A stretch of 64,000 nucleotides of DNA from Neoconidiobolus thromboides FSU 785. Taxonomy: Eukaryota; Fungi; Entomophthoromycota. The stretch is taken from NCBI GenBank assembly GCA_025603075.1, contig MU626303.1, forward strand, positions 1 through 64,000, written 5' to 3'. The position numbers were made by a program, and so were the translations under genes. Shown piece after piece: positions 36,147-47,679 of this stretch. The first letter of the stretch is position 1. The number at the start of each line of letters is the position of its first letter. The notes beneath the pieces were generated by a model. That model was not told the origin of the DNA, ran no database searches, and saw only the letters and a list, made by a program, of their open reading frames with translations.

Positions 36147-38202
36147 ATGAGTTCAGCAACCGAAGTACATTCCATTTATGATACCATTTTAATCTTAGAT
36201 TTTGGGTCTCAATACTCGCATCTTATTACTAGAAGAGTTCGTGAAGCCGGTGTATACTGTGAGCTTTTACCTTGCACTCAAAAAATTTCGGAGCTTTCTT
36301 TTAAACCAAAAGGTATTCTAAAGCATTTTTATAAAACTAGCTCATATTCTTAATTTGTCTATAGGTGTTATCTTATCTGGATCCCCATATTCTGTGTTTG
36401 CACCAGATGCTCCTCACGTAGATCATGCCGTATTTGAATTAGGTGTACCAATTTTGGGTATCTGTTATGGTTTACAAGTAATATCTGTTTGTTTAAATTG
36501 CTTTAAAAATATTAACCATTTTATAAAAAGGAACTTGGAACTCATATGGGAGGTGAAGTAAAAGCCTGTGAAAAACGTGAATATGGTCATGCTGAAGTTA
36601 TGATCACTCGTCACCCAGATCATCCTTTCATTGATCGTTTATTCGAAGGCTTAGGTGACAAAATGACTGTGAGTTTTTTTTTTCGAACATTTTGGTTCTT
36701 ATACTTACTATTTTTCAGGTTTGGATGTCTCATGGAGATGCTCTCTCTAAACCTCCTCAAGGTTTCCGTACTATTGGACATACTGAAAACTCCCCATTCA
36801 CTGCTATCGGAAGTGAATCTACTCACATGTTTGGTATGGATTTTTGATAATATAAATTAATTAAACTAATATTTTTAGGTATCCAATTCCATCCTGAAGT
36901 AACTCATACCCCTAAAGGAGCTCAACTCTTAAAGAACTTTGTAATCAATATTTGTGAATGCAAAGATGATTGGACAATGGTAATATTTTTAACATAGCGT
37001 TTCTTTGATATTAATCCTATTAATTAGGAATCCTTTGTTGAAAAAGAAATTGAACGCATCCGTGCTGTTGTAGGACCTACTGGTCAAGTAGTTGGTGCTG
37101 TAAGTGGTGGTGTTGACAGTACTGTTGCAGCCAAACTAATGACTGAGGCTATTGGTGAAAGGTAATTGTAATGAAAATACAAGACATTTAAAATTAAACC
37201 TTGTTTTTAAAAGATTCCATGCTATCCTTGTAGACAATGGTGTTATGAGATTAAATGAGTGTGAAAATGTTAAAAAAATCCTTAAGGATAGACTTGGCAT
37301 TAATCTTCAAGTTGTAGATGCTGCTGATCTTTTCTTAGGAAAATTAGCTGGAGTAAATATCATTTTTCTTAAAAAAGCAAAAAATTAAACATATCATTAG
37401 GTTACTGATCCAGAAAAGAAACGTAAAATCATTGGAAATACTTTTATTGAAGTTTTTGAAGCTGAAGCAGCCAAACTTGATAAAAGTACTGCTGACTCTG
37501 GAAATAATCACATTGAATTCCTTCTTCAGGGCACCTTATACCCTGATGTCATTGAATCAATTTCATTCAAAGGTCCAAGTGCTACCATCAAATCACATCA
37601 CGTAAGTCAATTTTTAAATTTATCAAACTCAGTATTAAAAAGTTTTATTTAGAATGTTGGAGGTCTTTTAGAAAACATGAAACTCAAGTTAATTGAGCCT
37701 TTGCGTGAATTATTCAAAGATGAAGTACGTGCATTAGGAAAAATTCTTAACATTGATGATGAATTAGTATGGAGACATCCTTTCCCAGGGCCAGGTATTG
37801 CTATTCGTGTACTTGGAGAAGGTAATCATTTTTTTATTATAAAAAGATATTAGATTAACATATAATTTAGTTACACCATCTCAAGTTGAGATTGCTAGAC
37901 AAGCTGATCATATTTATATTGAAGAAATTAAGAAAGCAGGATTATACCGTCAAATTGCACAAGCTTATGCTGCTCTTCTTCCTGTTAGATCCGTTGGTGT
38001 TATGGGAGATCAGCGTACTTATGAACAAGTTATTGCTCTTCGTGCAGTTGAATCCTCAGATTTCATGACTGCTGATTGGTATCCAATGCCTACTGACGTC
38101 CTCAAAAAGATTTCTTCACGTATTATTAATGAAGTTAAAGGCGTAAATCGTGTTGTTTACGATGTATCTTCTAAACCACCTGCAACCATTGAATGGGAAT
38201 AA
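36147..38202 (+). CDS. GUA1: GMP synthase (glutamine-hydrolysing), multi-exon
   Basis: [30 protein letters not shown] (catalytic Cys), [48 protein letters not shown]. Confidence 0.98.
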
Positions 38203-38886
38203 GTTACTCGTTTTTGTTGCAGTTATTTTAATGTATTAGAATAAAATGTATAGATCCTTATTATAGACCTTTTAAAGATCTTCAAAAAACACTCATTAGA
38301 CTTGTTTTTTAAGATAAAAATAAATAAAAACTCAATAAAGTATTTTATAAAACTAATAACTAAATAGTTCATTGCTTAATAATGATAAATGAGTTAAAAT
38401 GGCTCATTTCTGAGTTAACTTAGTAGTCATAATTTGATTAAAGTTATATTTTTTAGTCAAATCTATAAAAAGGTTCAATAAGAATTGTTTAACTACTTAT
38501 GAAAAAAATGACTAAAAATAAAATAATATTTGTAATAATACTATTAATAATGTTATTAGTAATAATGTAAACGATTTAATTTCTTTTTGTATTTTTTCCC
38601 TTCAGTTACTGGAACTTTAAAATTAATTTTAGCATTTCAACTTTTTCAGTTAAAATGAAGGCGAATAATCTCATTAAGACACCAATTAACCTAATTAAGC
38701 AATATTTGTTAAAGCCTGCTGTTTATCACCGTTAAAAATAAAGTAAAAATCAACAATGATACTTCTTTGAAGTCAAATGAATTGTTTATATTAAAATTTA
38801 AGTTAGAAACAATAAAAGTATAATAGAGGTCTTATCTGCTTGATGACCTTTATCTTTTTTTATTTATTCTTTTAATACTCTTCATT

Positions 38887-40236
38887 ATGCATTGTTTGAA
38901 TATTTTGTTTGTTCCTTTGATTTATTTTATAGTTAATGTTGTAGGCCAAAGAGGAGGCTGTACTTCTAATTTAGTACGTAGAGAAGTAAGGGAGTTGTCA
39001 GATTCAGAATTGCGTGAATTACACACTGCTTTTAACGATTTAAAAGCAAACGGAGTTTGGGATAGATTTTGTAGGACCCATTTAGATAACGTTCCATTTG
39101 CCCACTCGACTCCGTACTTTTTACCATGGCATAGAGAATTTATTTATCGATTTGAACAAGAATTGAGAAGGGTTAACCCTAGGGTATCTTTACCATACTG
39201 GGATTGGTCGCTTGATTCTCAAGCTCCAGAAAGAAGTATAATATTTTCATCGAGCTATTTTGGTGGTAGTGGAGGTAGGTGCGTAGATGATGGGCCATAT
39301 GCAAATTGGATTGGCAGATATCCTAATCGTCATTGTCTATTCCGCTCTTTTGATGGTGGAGATAGCATTGGCGCATTTACTTCCCCCGAACAATTAAGAG
39401 GTACATTGGGAAGAGCAGACGACTTTGAAGAATTTTGGAATCGTATTGAAGGAAATCCACACGGAAATGTTCATAATAATATTGGAGGGGATATGGGTAC
39501 TATGGGTAGTTGTAATGACCCATTGTTTTATTTACATCATGCCATGATAGATAAGCTTTGGTACGATTGGCAAAACTTAGATAGAGCAAATGTTAATTCT
39601 TTTGGTGGAGCTACACCAGATGGTAATAGAGCCAGTTTGGATGATGACTTGATTCCCTTCAACAAAGTTGTTGGAGAAGTTATGGATGTACAAGCTAACT
39701 ATTGCTATACTTATTCTGGAGGAGTTAGACCTACAGCACGTAGACCCCCACCAAGACCTAGAACTGCAAGTAGAGGTAGAGGCAGAAGTGCAAGACCAAG
39801 ACGTAATAGAAGAAGTGAAAAAGAGTGCGAAGAAGATACTATGTTGCACGCTCAAGCTGATGAAGATGGTGATGATGAAGCTATTACTCCTGGACCATAT
39901 GATAGAGAGGATTTATATCATCTAAGAACACCTGCCCCACTTCCAGACAAATACATAGAAATGATGGGGTTAAATAAAACTAGAATCAGAAGCCAAGACG
40001 CTGAATTAAAGGCACAGACTGATGAAATGAATAAATCTGGCTATATATCAGATGTTGCGATAGGATTAAATGGGTTATTGTACTTTGTGCCAGGAGAAAT
40101 AATCAAAACAGTGGATCTTTTAGCTACTGGGGATGTTATAAGAGATCTACCACAAAATGTTGTTGATTTAGTTACTATACATAAACCCCTAATTAATTCA
40201 GGAGACTTGAATGTTGTCAGAAACTTGTTAGCTTAG
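38887..40236 (+). CDS. secreted tyrosinase / di-copper centre protein (intronless)
   Basis: Signal peptide; CuA H(RTH)..H(FAH)..FLPWHR; LPYWDW; CuB PHGNVH...DPLFYLHH..IDKLW..WQ. Confidence 0.92.
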   Translation: MHCLNILFVPLIYFIVNVVGQRGGCTSNLVRREVRELSDSELRELHTAFNDLKANGVWDRFCRTHLDNVPFAHSTPYFLPWHREFIYRFEQELRRVNPRVSLPYWDWSLDSQAPERSIIFSSSYFGGSGGRCVDDGPYANWIGRYPNRHCLFRSFDGGDSIGAFTSPEQLRGTLGRADDFEEFWNRIEGNPHGNVHNNIGGDMGTMGSCNDPLFYLHHAMIDKLWYDWQNLDRANVNSFGGATPDGNRASLDDDLIPFNKVVGEVMDVQANYCYTYSGGVRPTARRPPPRPRTASRGRGRSARPRRNRRSEKECEEDTMLHAQADEDGDDEAITPGPYDREDLYHLRTPAPLPDKYIEMMGLNKTRIRSQDAELKAQTDEMNKSGYISDVAIGLNGLLYFVPGEIIKTVDLLATGDVIRDLPQNVVDLVTIHKPLINSGDLNVVRNLLA

Positions 40237-40504
40237 ATGTTAGCTTTTAACTGTCTCTTTGGTTTTTCATACTTCATTCAATAGCTTATACATTAATACT
40301 CGATTTTAAATAAATTTGATTGCATTTATAATATAATTTCGAGTCATACTTTATAATGTTTTTATTGTTATATTTCCCTTATTAGTAATCATAATTAATG
40401 AATTGCATCCTATTTTTAAAAATAGTACGCAGCTTATTCTTGATAAAAGAAAAGTATAAAATAAGACCATTGAACTTTTTTGTACTTATTAGTAATATTA
40501 GAAG

Positions 40505-41152
40505 ATGCAAGTAGCAACAAAAGTACCAAGTGACTTGATTTTAGAAAGTTCAAGATTGATTTTAAAACCAATAACAATAGCTGATGGAGAAAATCTCAAA
40601 AATTTATTCATGGAGGAAGAAGCTATGAAAGATTTACCTTGGTTATCTAAACTTCCGAAAGGATGGACTCAAGCAGAAATAGAAGAAAGAATAGCTCAAC
40701 ACATCGAGTTACAAGAAAAAAATAAGAAAATGAACTTTCATGTTTTCTTAAAAGAAGGCATAGAAGGTAATAAGGAGCCCGTTTTTATAGGATGCGGTGG
40801 ACTTGCTACAGTAGATTTAGGTTCTCATAATGGTACAGTCGGCATAATTCTCCATTCAAAATACCAAAGAGGAGGATATGGAACTGAGGTTTTATTTCTT
40901 GTATTAAAATACTCTTTTGAAGTAATGAATTTACACAGGTTAGCATTTGAGACTAGTCCAGGAAATGCTGGGATGAGGGGATGGTTAGAAAATGTTGCTT
41001 TATCTAGGTTAGAAAGCATTATAGAAGAGTTAATATTTTATAATGATAGCTACTATTCATTGGCCGTTTATCCCTTATTTAGAAGAGACTGGGAATCAAA
41101 AACTAAACCAAATATATTGAAAAGAATATCAAAACATGCCAATATCGAATAA
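40505..41152 (+). CDS. GNAT acetyltransferase, RimJ/RimL-like (intronless)
   Basis: SRLILKP, FIGCGGL, VGIILHSKYQRGGYGTE (acetyl-CoA motif A), FEVMNLHRL...N. Confidence 0.85.
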   Translation: MQVATKVPSDLILESSRLILKPITIADGENLKNLFMEEEAMKDLPWLSKLPKGWTQAEIEERIAQHIELQEKNKKMNFHVFLKEGIEGNKEPVFIGCGGLATVDLGSHNGTVGIILHSKYQRGGYGTEVLFLVLKYSFEVMNLHRLAFETSPGNAGMRGWLENVALSRLESIIEELIFYNDSYYSLAVYPLFRRDWESKTKPNILKRISKHANIE

Positions 41153-41158
41153 ATAAAT

Positions 41159-41265
41159 ATATGAGGATGTATTTTTATGTTTAAGGCTTTTACGAACAAT
41201 TCTTCTGCTCAAATAGCGTTTAAAAGATAGAAAAAGTGATGAAGCCAAAAAAAACATCCCTATAT
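41159..41265 (+). mobile_element. family A repeat, copy 13
   Basis: ATATGAGGATGTATTTTTATGTTTAAG...CTCAAATAGCGTTTAAAAGATAGAAAAAGTGATG...CATCCCTATAT; 6 nt after the GNAT stop. Confidence 0.8.
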
Positions 41266-41433
41266 AATTTCTCATAAGCTACCAAACCTTCAATTTTTAA
41301 GTTAATATGCTAATGTATTGTATTTTAGCTTTTAATAAAGAATCAAGAAAGTTTACAAAAAGCTATAAAGCATTGTTTAATTATATTTTGTAAAGAACCT
41401 GCTGCATTAAAATACTCAAATTATATTTCTATT

Positions 41434-44400
41434 TTATTCAAATAACACATTAAATAGCTGAGTTTTGTTAGCTGGGACCAACTCTTGTAGATAACCTTTA
41501 AAGGTTTCTTCATTACCCTTTAGCGCTTTTTTGAGAGTCTCAAGAGCTTTTTTAAGGATGTAGGGCTCCATAAGTTCTTCCGATATGGCCACAATCAAAG
41601 CTTTGACAAGTTTGTGTAATGTTACATGGTCTTTTTGTAAAGATGGAGGGGGATTATCTAAAAGCTCTACAGCTGTATTATACACTATTGTAAATTCAGT
41701 TCGATCTTCCCTTATAGGGAGTGCATTGATAAATGGCCCACATACCCCATCAAGTGAAATGACGTCACCTTTAAATGTTATTATTTTTGCTAAAGCAGCT
41801 ACAGCATTGTCAGTGGCAAAAATATTTTCTGGAGTCCTTGCAGCTGGATCTTGGATAGCCAAGATTAATTTAGGTAATGCTGAAGCACAACATGGGTTAT
41901 ATTCTGATCCTCCGAACTGAGCCCATAACCCAACACCATAAGAAGCAGCTTGTCTAACTTCAACTGCACTGTCAAGAAGCAATTTTATTGTTGATTCAAC
42001 AAAAGCTCCACCATAAAATCTAGTTGCTACTTCACCTCCATATTCAACTACGTCATCAAATACTCCTAACGCCCATCTTCTGAGTATAGAACTAGGACAA
42101 TCCAAGCATTGTAATGCAATACCAGTGATATTAGCTAACTCCTTAAAAAACTGATACCCATGAATTCTTACTAAGTCATGAAATGTTTTTGATAAATTAT
42201 TTATGAATTCTTCATCATATCGAATTCCAGTAATGTATTCATAATCTAGATCTTCTTCATCAAAATCAGGTTTCATCGCAATGAGAGCATATTGATTTAA
42301 GGATTTAATCGAGTTATTAAGATGAGGGATTATTTCTTTAGAAAATCTAAGTATATCATTGCTTTTTAAAACCTGCGGTCCTGCAATATCCATAATCTCT
42401 GAAAATGTTGACAATAGTAGATTAAAAATAGATGGCTCATCCTCTGTTTTTAACTGGCGCATTAAGCACTTAAAGATATCTTTGGAATATTTTAATATTT
42501 CATCTTGGTCTAAGTCAGAATCTACCAAACAAAACAAAAGGTGTGGTGTTGACCTTATAGCAGCAGATCTAGTTTCGGAATGAATGATATAATTTATAAG
42601 TGGGGTCATTTCCGGTAAAAGTGATACGGCATAATCGGAGAATGCTGACTGCAAAGATTGTGCAAAACAAAGTAGCATTTCAATAGCACCGCTTTTTTCT
42701 TCAAGGAGTGAAGTACGTACTCCAACTAATCTCCCATACGAATCGTTAAATTCCCACCCCTGTTCTTCAGGATACTTTTCTTCAGGATCGTCATCCTTAT
42801 CTAAAATAACGATTTCGGGTTTCGCTAAAGCCGATTTTATTAAATCTGGGATTACGCATCCTAGGTATGGTTGAAACTCTTTTCCAAGCAACATAGCCAT
42901 TCTAGTCCAAGCCTGAAGGAGATAGGATGCTAATGGATCATCATTTGATGTAATAGTACTTTGTAGCTGTACAAATAAATTTGCTATATATCCTAAATCT
43001 GGGCGAAGGCGCTCTAAACCAACCACTAAAGCAACTAAACTGATACATTCAATTGCTTTAGCACGCAAGGTACGAAAATTAGATTCTACAGCTTTTTCAG
43101 CAACTTCTACTAAAGCTGGCATTATATCACTATAATAGGCTAGGAAATTATCTTCAGAAACATCAGCAATTGAGGCAATTGTTGTCAACGATTGCTCTTT
43201 GACATATGGAACACCTCCTTTTAAAGTATTGAAGAGTTTTTCCAATAGAGGCCTTAAATAAACATTAATTACGTTCTTATCTAAAGCTTCAGCAATATTA
43301 TGTAATGCGGCAGCTGCATGGGCTTGAACTCTAGGATTAGAAAAATCATCTAGCAGTGGAAACAAAGGTGGAATAATTTTGTCATGGTGTTCTACTGCAA
43401 ATTCTTCAGGGAAATCTGCGGCTAGCTGACCAAAAGTATGTGAAGTTGCATAGCGAACACGGGGATGTGAATCATGTAAATGTGGGAGTATAAGTTGTAT
43501 GATATTCCCCATTTCTCTTCCCATAGTTTTGCCACATCCCTCACCTATAGCACTTAGTGCTAATACTGCTGCATATCTTTGTTTCCAATCTTCAGACCTA
43601 GAGTATTCGATAATAAAGGTTAGTGCAACTGGGAACAGGTATTTCCCTCCTGTGGCACATGCCAACCTGTCTAACCCATCATATCCAGTCTGATAATTAG
43701 ATTCCTCTTCGTACTCGTCGATATTAAGGATAGTATACCATTCTTTATCATTGCTAATACTACTGATCCAATTTAATAATATTGGAACTAATATTTGGGC
43801 AATTTCTTTATAATTTCTAGTTTTTGAGCTAGAGCCTTCTACAATAGTCAAAATAAATTCTAAGGCGGTATGCTTAGGAGCTTAAAAAATTAATAAATAA
43901 TCAATAATTACAGTATCGCTTACATTCATCTAAATTTGGATCCTCCATAATAATTGTACAAAACTTCAATATATTTGGTAGATATTTCATTAGCAAATAA
44001 CTTTTAGTTTCTGCGAGCTCAACAAAACAACTTAATCCTGCCCAAAGTGAATCTTCATCCTTATTGATATAAATAGGTTCTAATACCTAAAATATTAATA
44101 CAAATATAGAAAGCTTGATTTTTTTTACTTTAAACATTTCTGGTAGATAAGGTATAAGTTTGTCGTGTCTTGGTTTTTCAGCATCAATAAGTAAAGCTAC
44201 AAAAGCTTTGAGTACAACTAAACGAACCTAATAATTATATAAATATAATAAAACTAAAAAGTGAAATCATATTACCGAGGAGCCGTCCTTTGGTGAAGTC
44301 AAGTTAAATGCTTTACCAATAGCATTCATTTTAGAATCACTCACAATTGAAGGATAAGAAGATATAATTTTGAAGCCAGATTCCCTTAAAAGTGCAGAAG

Positions 44401-44962
44401 CCTCATTACAAAGATCAAGGGTTATAATAGGCAATTCGACCCAGTTTCCTGGTTGACTTTAATCAACAAAAAATAATTTAAAAAATAAAAATAAAAAAAT
44501 ACTTTCTGAAGTTTCCAAGTAAATATAAAGATCACTCACAGCATCACAAAGCCTTAGTCTACAAGTACTATCCTCCTCTGTTTTAAGGGCAGTAATCAAA
44601 TTATTTTTTACGATTTCTTGTGTTGTTGGGCTTAATAAACTAAATCTTACGGGGTCCCTATCCGGCTCCTGTTGTTCTAAAGGAGAAGGCAGTACAACTA
44701 ATCTTCTAAATAATAAAGCAGCAAACCCTCTTAACTAAATGAAAGAAACTTAATTTGATCCTTTTTTATAAATGAAAATTACTTGAGGATTTTGAACGAA
44801 CCTTAACACATGGATCAAAGCCATAGTTAAAGCATCTGGATTGGTTGTAGCAATATTCAATATATCACTTTCGCCTTTGCCTCGCATTTCATTGTCGCTA
44901 CATTGCAATAGAGTCAATAACTCCAAAAAGGGCCCTTCTTCGTGCTCTTGGATTAATCCCAT
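41434..44962 (-). CDS. PSE1: importin-5 / karyopherin beta-3 (Pse1/Kap121)
   Basis: HEAT-repeat protein: NEMRGKGE, FAALLFRR, GLDRLACATGGK, WKQRYAAVLALSAIGEGC, DSHPRVRYA, NPRVQAHAAAAL, ATDNAVAAL. Confidence 0.9.
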
Positions 44963-45216
44963 TTTTTGAGCTTAAAATTATTTTGACAAAGCAGTCGAAA
45001 TAAAAATTTATTCGAATTTATCCAAATTCATTCAAGTTATCAAAGTTAAAGAATTTTTTTGTAATCTAAATTGTATATATATAGTATTAATATATATATA
45101 TCCAAACATAAAACAAGGGTATAAAAGCAGAAGTAAATATACAATGAAGTCTTTACAATGATTTAAAGAACCATAAATTAGCTATAAATTTTACGAAACT
45201 AATTATTTTTGTTAAA

Positions 45217-45318
45217 ATATGAGAATGTATTTTTGTATCTAATTTTACTAATAAATTTTCGATTCAAAATAGTGCTTGAGAAATGGAAAAAGTGAAGTAA
45301 AAAAAAACACTCTCATAT
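45217..45318 (+). mobile_element. family A repeat, copy 14
   Basis: ATATGAGAATGTATTTTTG...AATAGTGCTTGAGAAATGGAAAAAG...CACTCTCATAT. Confidence 0.8.
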
Positions 45319-45465
45319 CAAATATTTTTCAAACAACTAATTTCCAAATATTACTTTATTTCAAGATATGATTATAATTCTTAGGCATAATATCAAAAAT
45401 ACTTTTAAAATAACTTTTATATCTACTATTATAAATCCCTATTTTTGAATGTTGCTAAAAACAGT

Positions 45466-45569
45466 ATTTGGGGATGTATTTTTTCGTTTAAGAATTTTAC
45501 TAAGAATTTTTCTACTCAAATAGCGCTTAAAAAAATGGAAAAGTAATGGAATAAAAAACATCCTCATTT
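45466..45569 (+). mobile_element. family A repeat, copy 15
   Basis: ATTTGGGGATGTATTTTTTCGTTTAAGAATTTTACTAAG...AATAGCGCTTAAAAAAATGGAAAAGTAATG...CATCCTCATTT. Confidence 0.8.
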
Positions 45570-47679
45570 GCTTAGTGGAATTTTGACCATTTATTTCCAG
45601 TCTTATATGAAATCTAGTACTCAATGATTAGAGTCAAAAACAGCTATTGCCTGGTTGATTACAATGTAAGTCGAAAGGTCTTAGTTTATGTGACTAAGAT
45701 AGACTTGAGTTATGAATAATAGCACCCAATAGGCTATGGACTATATAGGACAAATATAATAGACGATACTACTACAAATCTACGTAAATACTATTAAGGG
45801 AATTTAATGGCTTTGTTAAATGTTTAAGATATCAGGGAATAATCCAGTTAAAAGGCCTTGAGCTACTATGTTTTAAAATCTCTTTTATACTCTGATAAGT
45901 ACAAATATCAAAACGGGAAGATAATATTCTTTGAGATGAAGTTAGAAATTTTCATAGCAAATCAAACTAAGAGCATGGCATTGGTTGTCTCTGAGCTCGA
46001 AAACACAACAACTTAACGGATTGTTATGTTATAATCAATCATAGAGTTGACAAAGCAGTATTTCATATTTATATTTCAAGTCAACATATATGTTTAGCAG
46101 TGACAAAACTAGTACTAATATTAGGCTAATGTATAATTAAAATAATATCCTATTAATTTATTAACTACAGTTTGATTGTTATCCTTCTAATTAGCTTATT
46201 TGATAAACTTACTAGTCTCTATTATGAATATTTAAGATAATATTATAAAATAGAGAATAGGGCTTCGTAGAAAATCAAACTGTTGTCAATGCATTAGCTT
46301 TAAATTACTATTAGCTGCTTTATTTATTAGTATATTTTAATAGTATGTAATGAGTAAATTGAACTATTTTTATTTAAATTACCTTCAAATGATCATGATA
46401 CAATTAAACTAGGATATAATAGCTCATTTTAATCCTTCTTTTCTATTATTTAATTTTTGAATTAAGATCCTTTCACTAGGTTTATAATGTTAAAAGGCTA
46501 TGAACAATAAATTTAAGAAAGTTACATCATATAAATATTATATTTATATTAGAGGCAACTATAATGAAAAGCTTAAATCGTTTTTAGTGGAAAATCTAAT
46601 TTAAAGACCAAAGTCAATTAAAAATCAAAATATAAAGCAGGAATAATTTTTCGGTACTTTATATGCCTTCTGTTTATAAATGCTATTTTTATCCAGTATA
46701 CTTAGTATTCAAACGTCTCGATTAATAGGCTAAAAAACTCATCTATATGATAATAGCTAATTTCTTTAGAGTTATTCGTTTTATTTATCAGTCTCAAAAT
46801 TAGAAAAGATCACATTTGATAGCTTGATCAAAAAGTTTCAATTTAATTTTAGGTTGATTTCAAGCAGTTTTTTGTTTACAGCTAAAACTAGTGCTATTTT
46901 ATAAATTGTAAGTTTAAAAATGAACAAACGATCGAAAAGAATAATTTATTCCTAAGGGTTCTATTTTTAAGTCAATGTGTTACTGAAAATGAAAAAAGGC
47001 TTAAGAGTCCACTGTTTATTATGAATATGGGGTGCTGTTAAATAGAATATTAAAATTTTACACTTTTAAATGTTTATTTCTTAATATACTATTTTTGTTT
47101 CAATGTTTTATATTATATATTTAAAGAGAGGTTAAATTATGATTATATAAATTGAAATGCTAGATTTGGTACACAAGTTTGCCTAAATAGTATTCTAAAC
47201 TCTAGTTTTATAGAAGCCTATTTACTATATACGTTGCTTCAACTCTCTAAACATTTTATAAAATAAAGCAAAAGTAACTCAGTCCATGTTATATATTTAA
47301 TGCCATCTCTTATTTGATTTATTATAGTAATATAAATATTTACCTAAACATATACTATTAAATTCAAATTCAAACACCAAAATACATACTGTACACATTT
47401 TATTCAAGTAAACTGCATTATTTGTAATAATCAAATGCAAAAGTTTTATTAAACAAAAATTAAAAGCTGAGTGAAATTATTATTAAACTGCTCATATTAT
47501 TGATCTTAGTCTACATCTATATATTTCGATAATTTATTGAACAAGCAATATGTTAAATATTTATCACTAAATTACAAAATATCCTTATTGAAGGCACCAT
47601 AAATTACTTAAAATATCAATTATCATTTAGAGATGGCGGACTAAAGGTGGTCCAAAGCTGATATCCCCCTCTTCTCCTC

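Noticed and set aside
41585-43693. ORFs at 41585, 42359 and 43499 (and similar ones at 9087, 11787, 36620, 39577, 40825, 48231, 48783, 55336)
   Set aside because: Antisense or alternate-frame shadows of well-supported genes.
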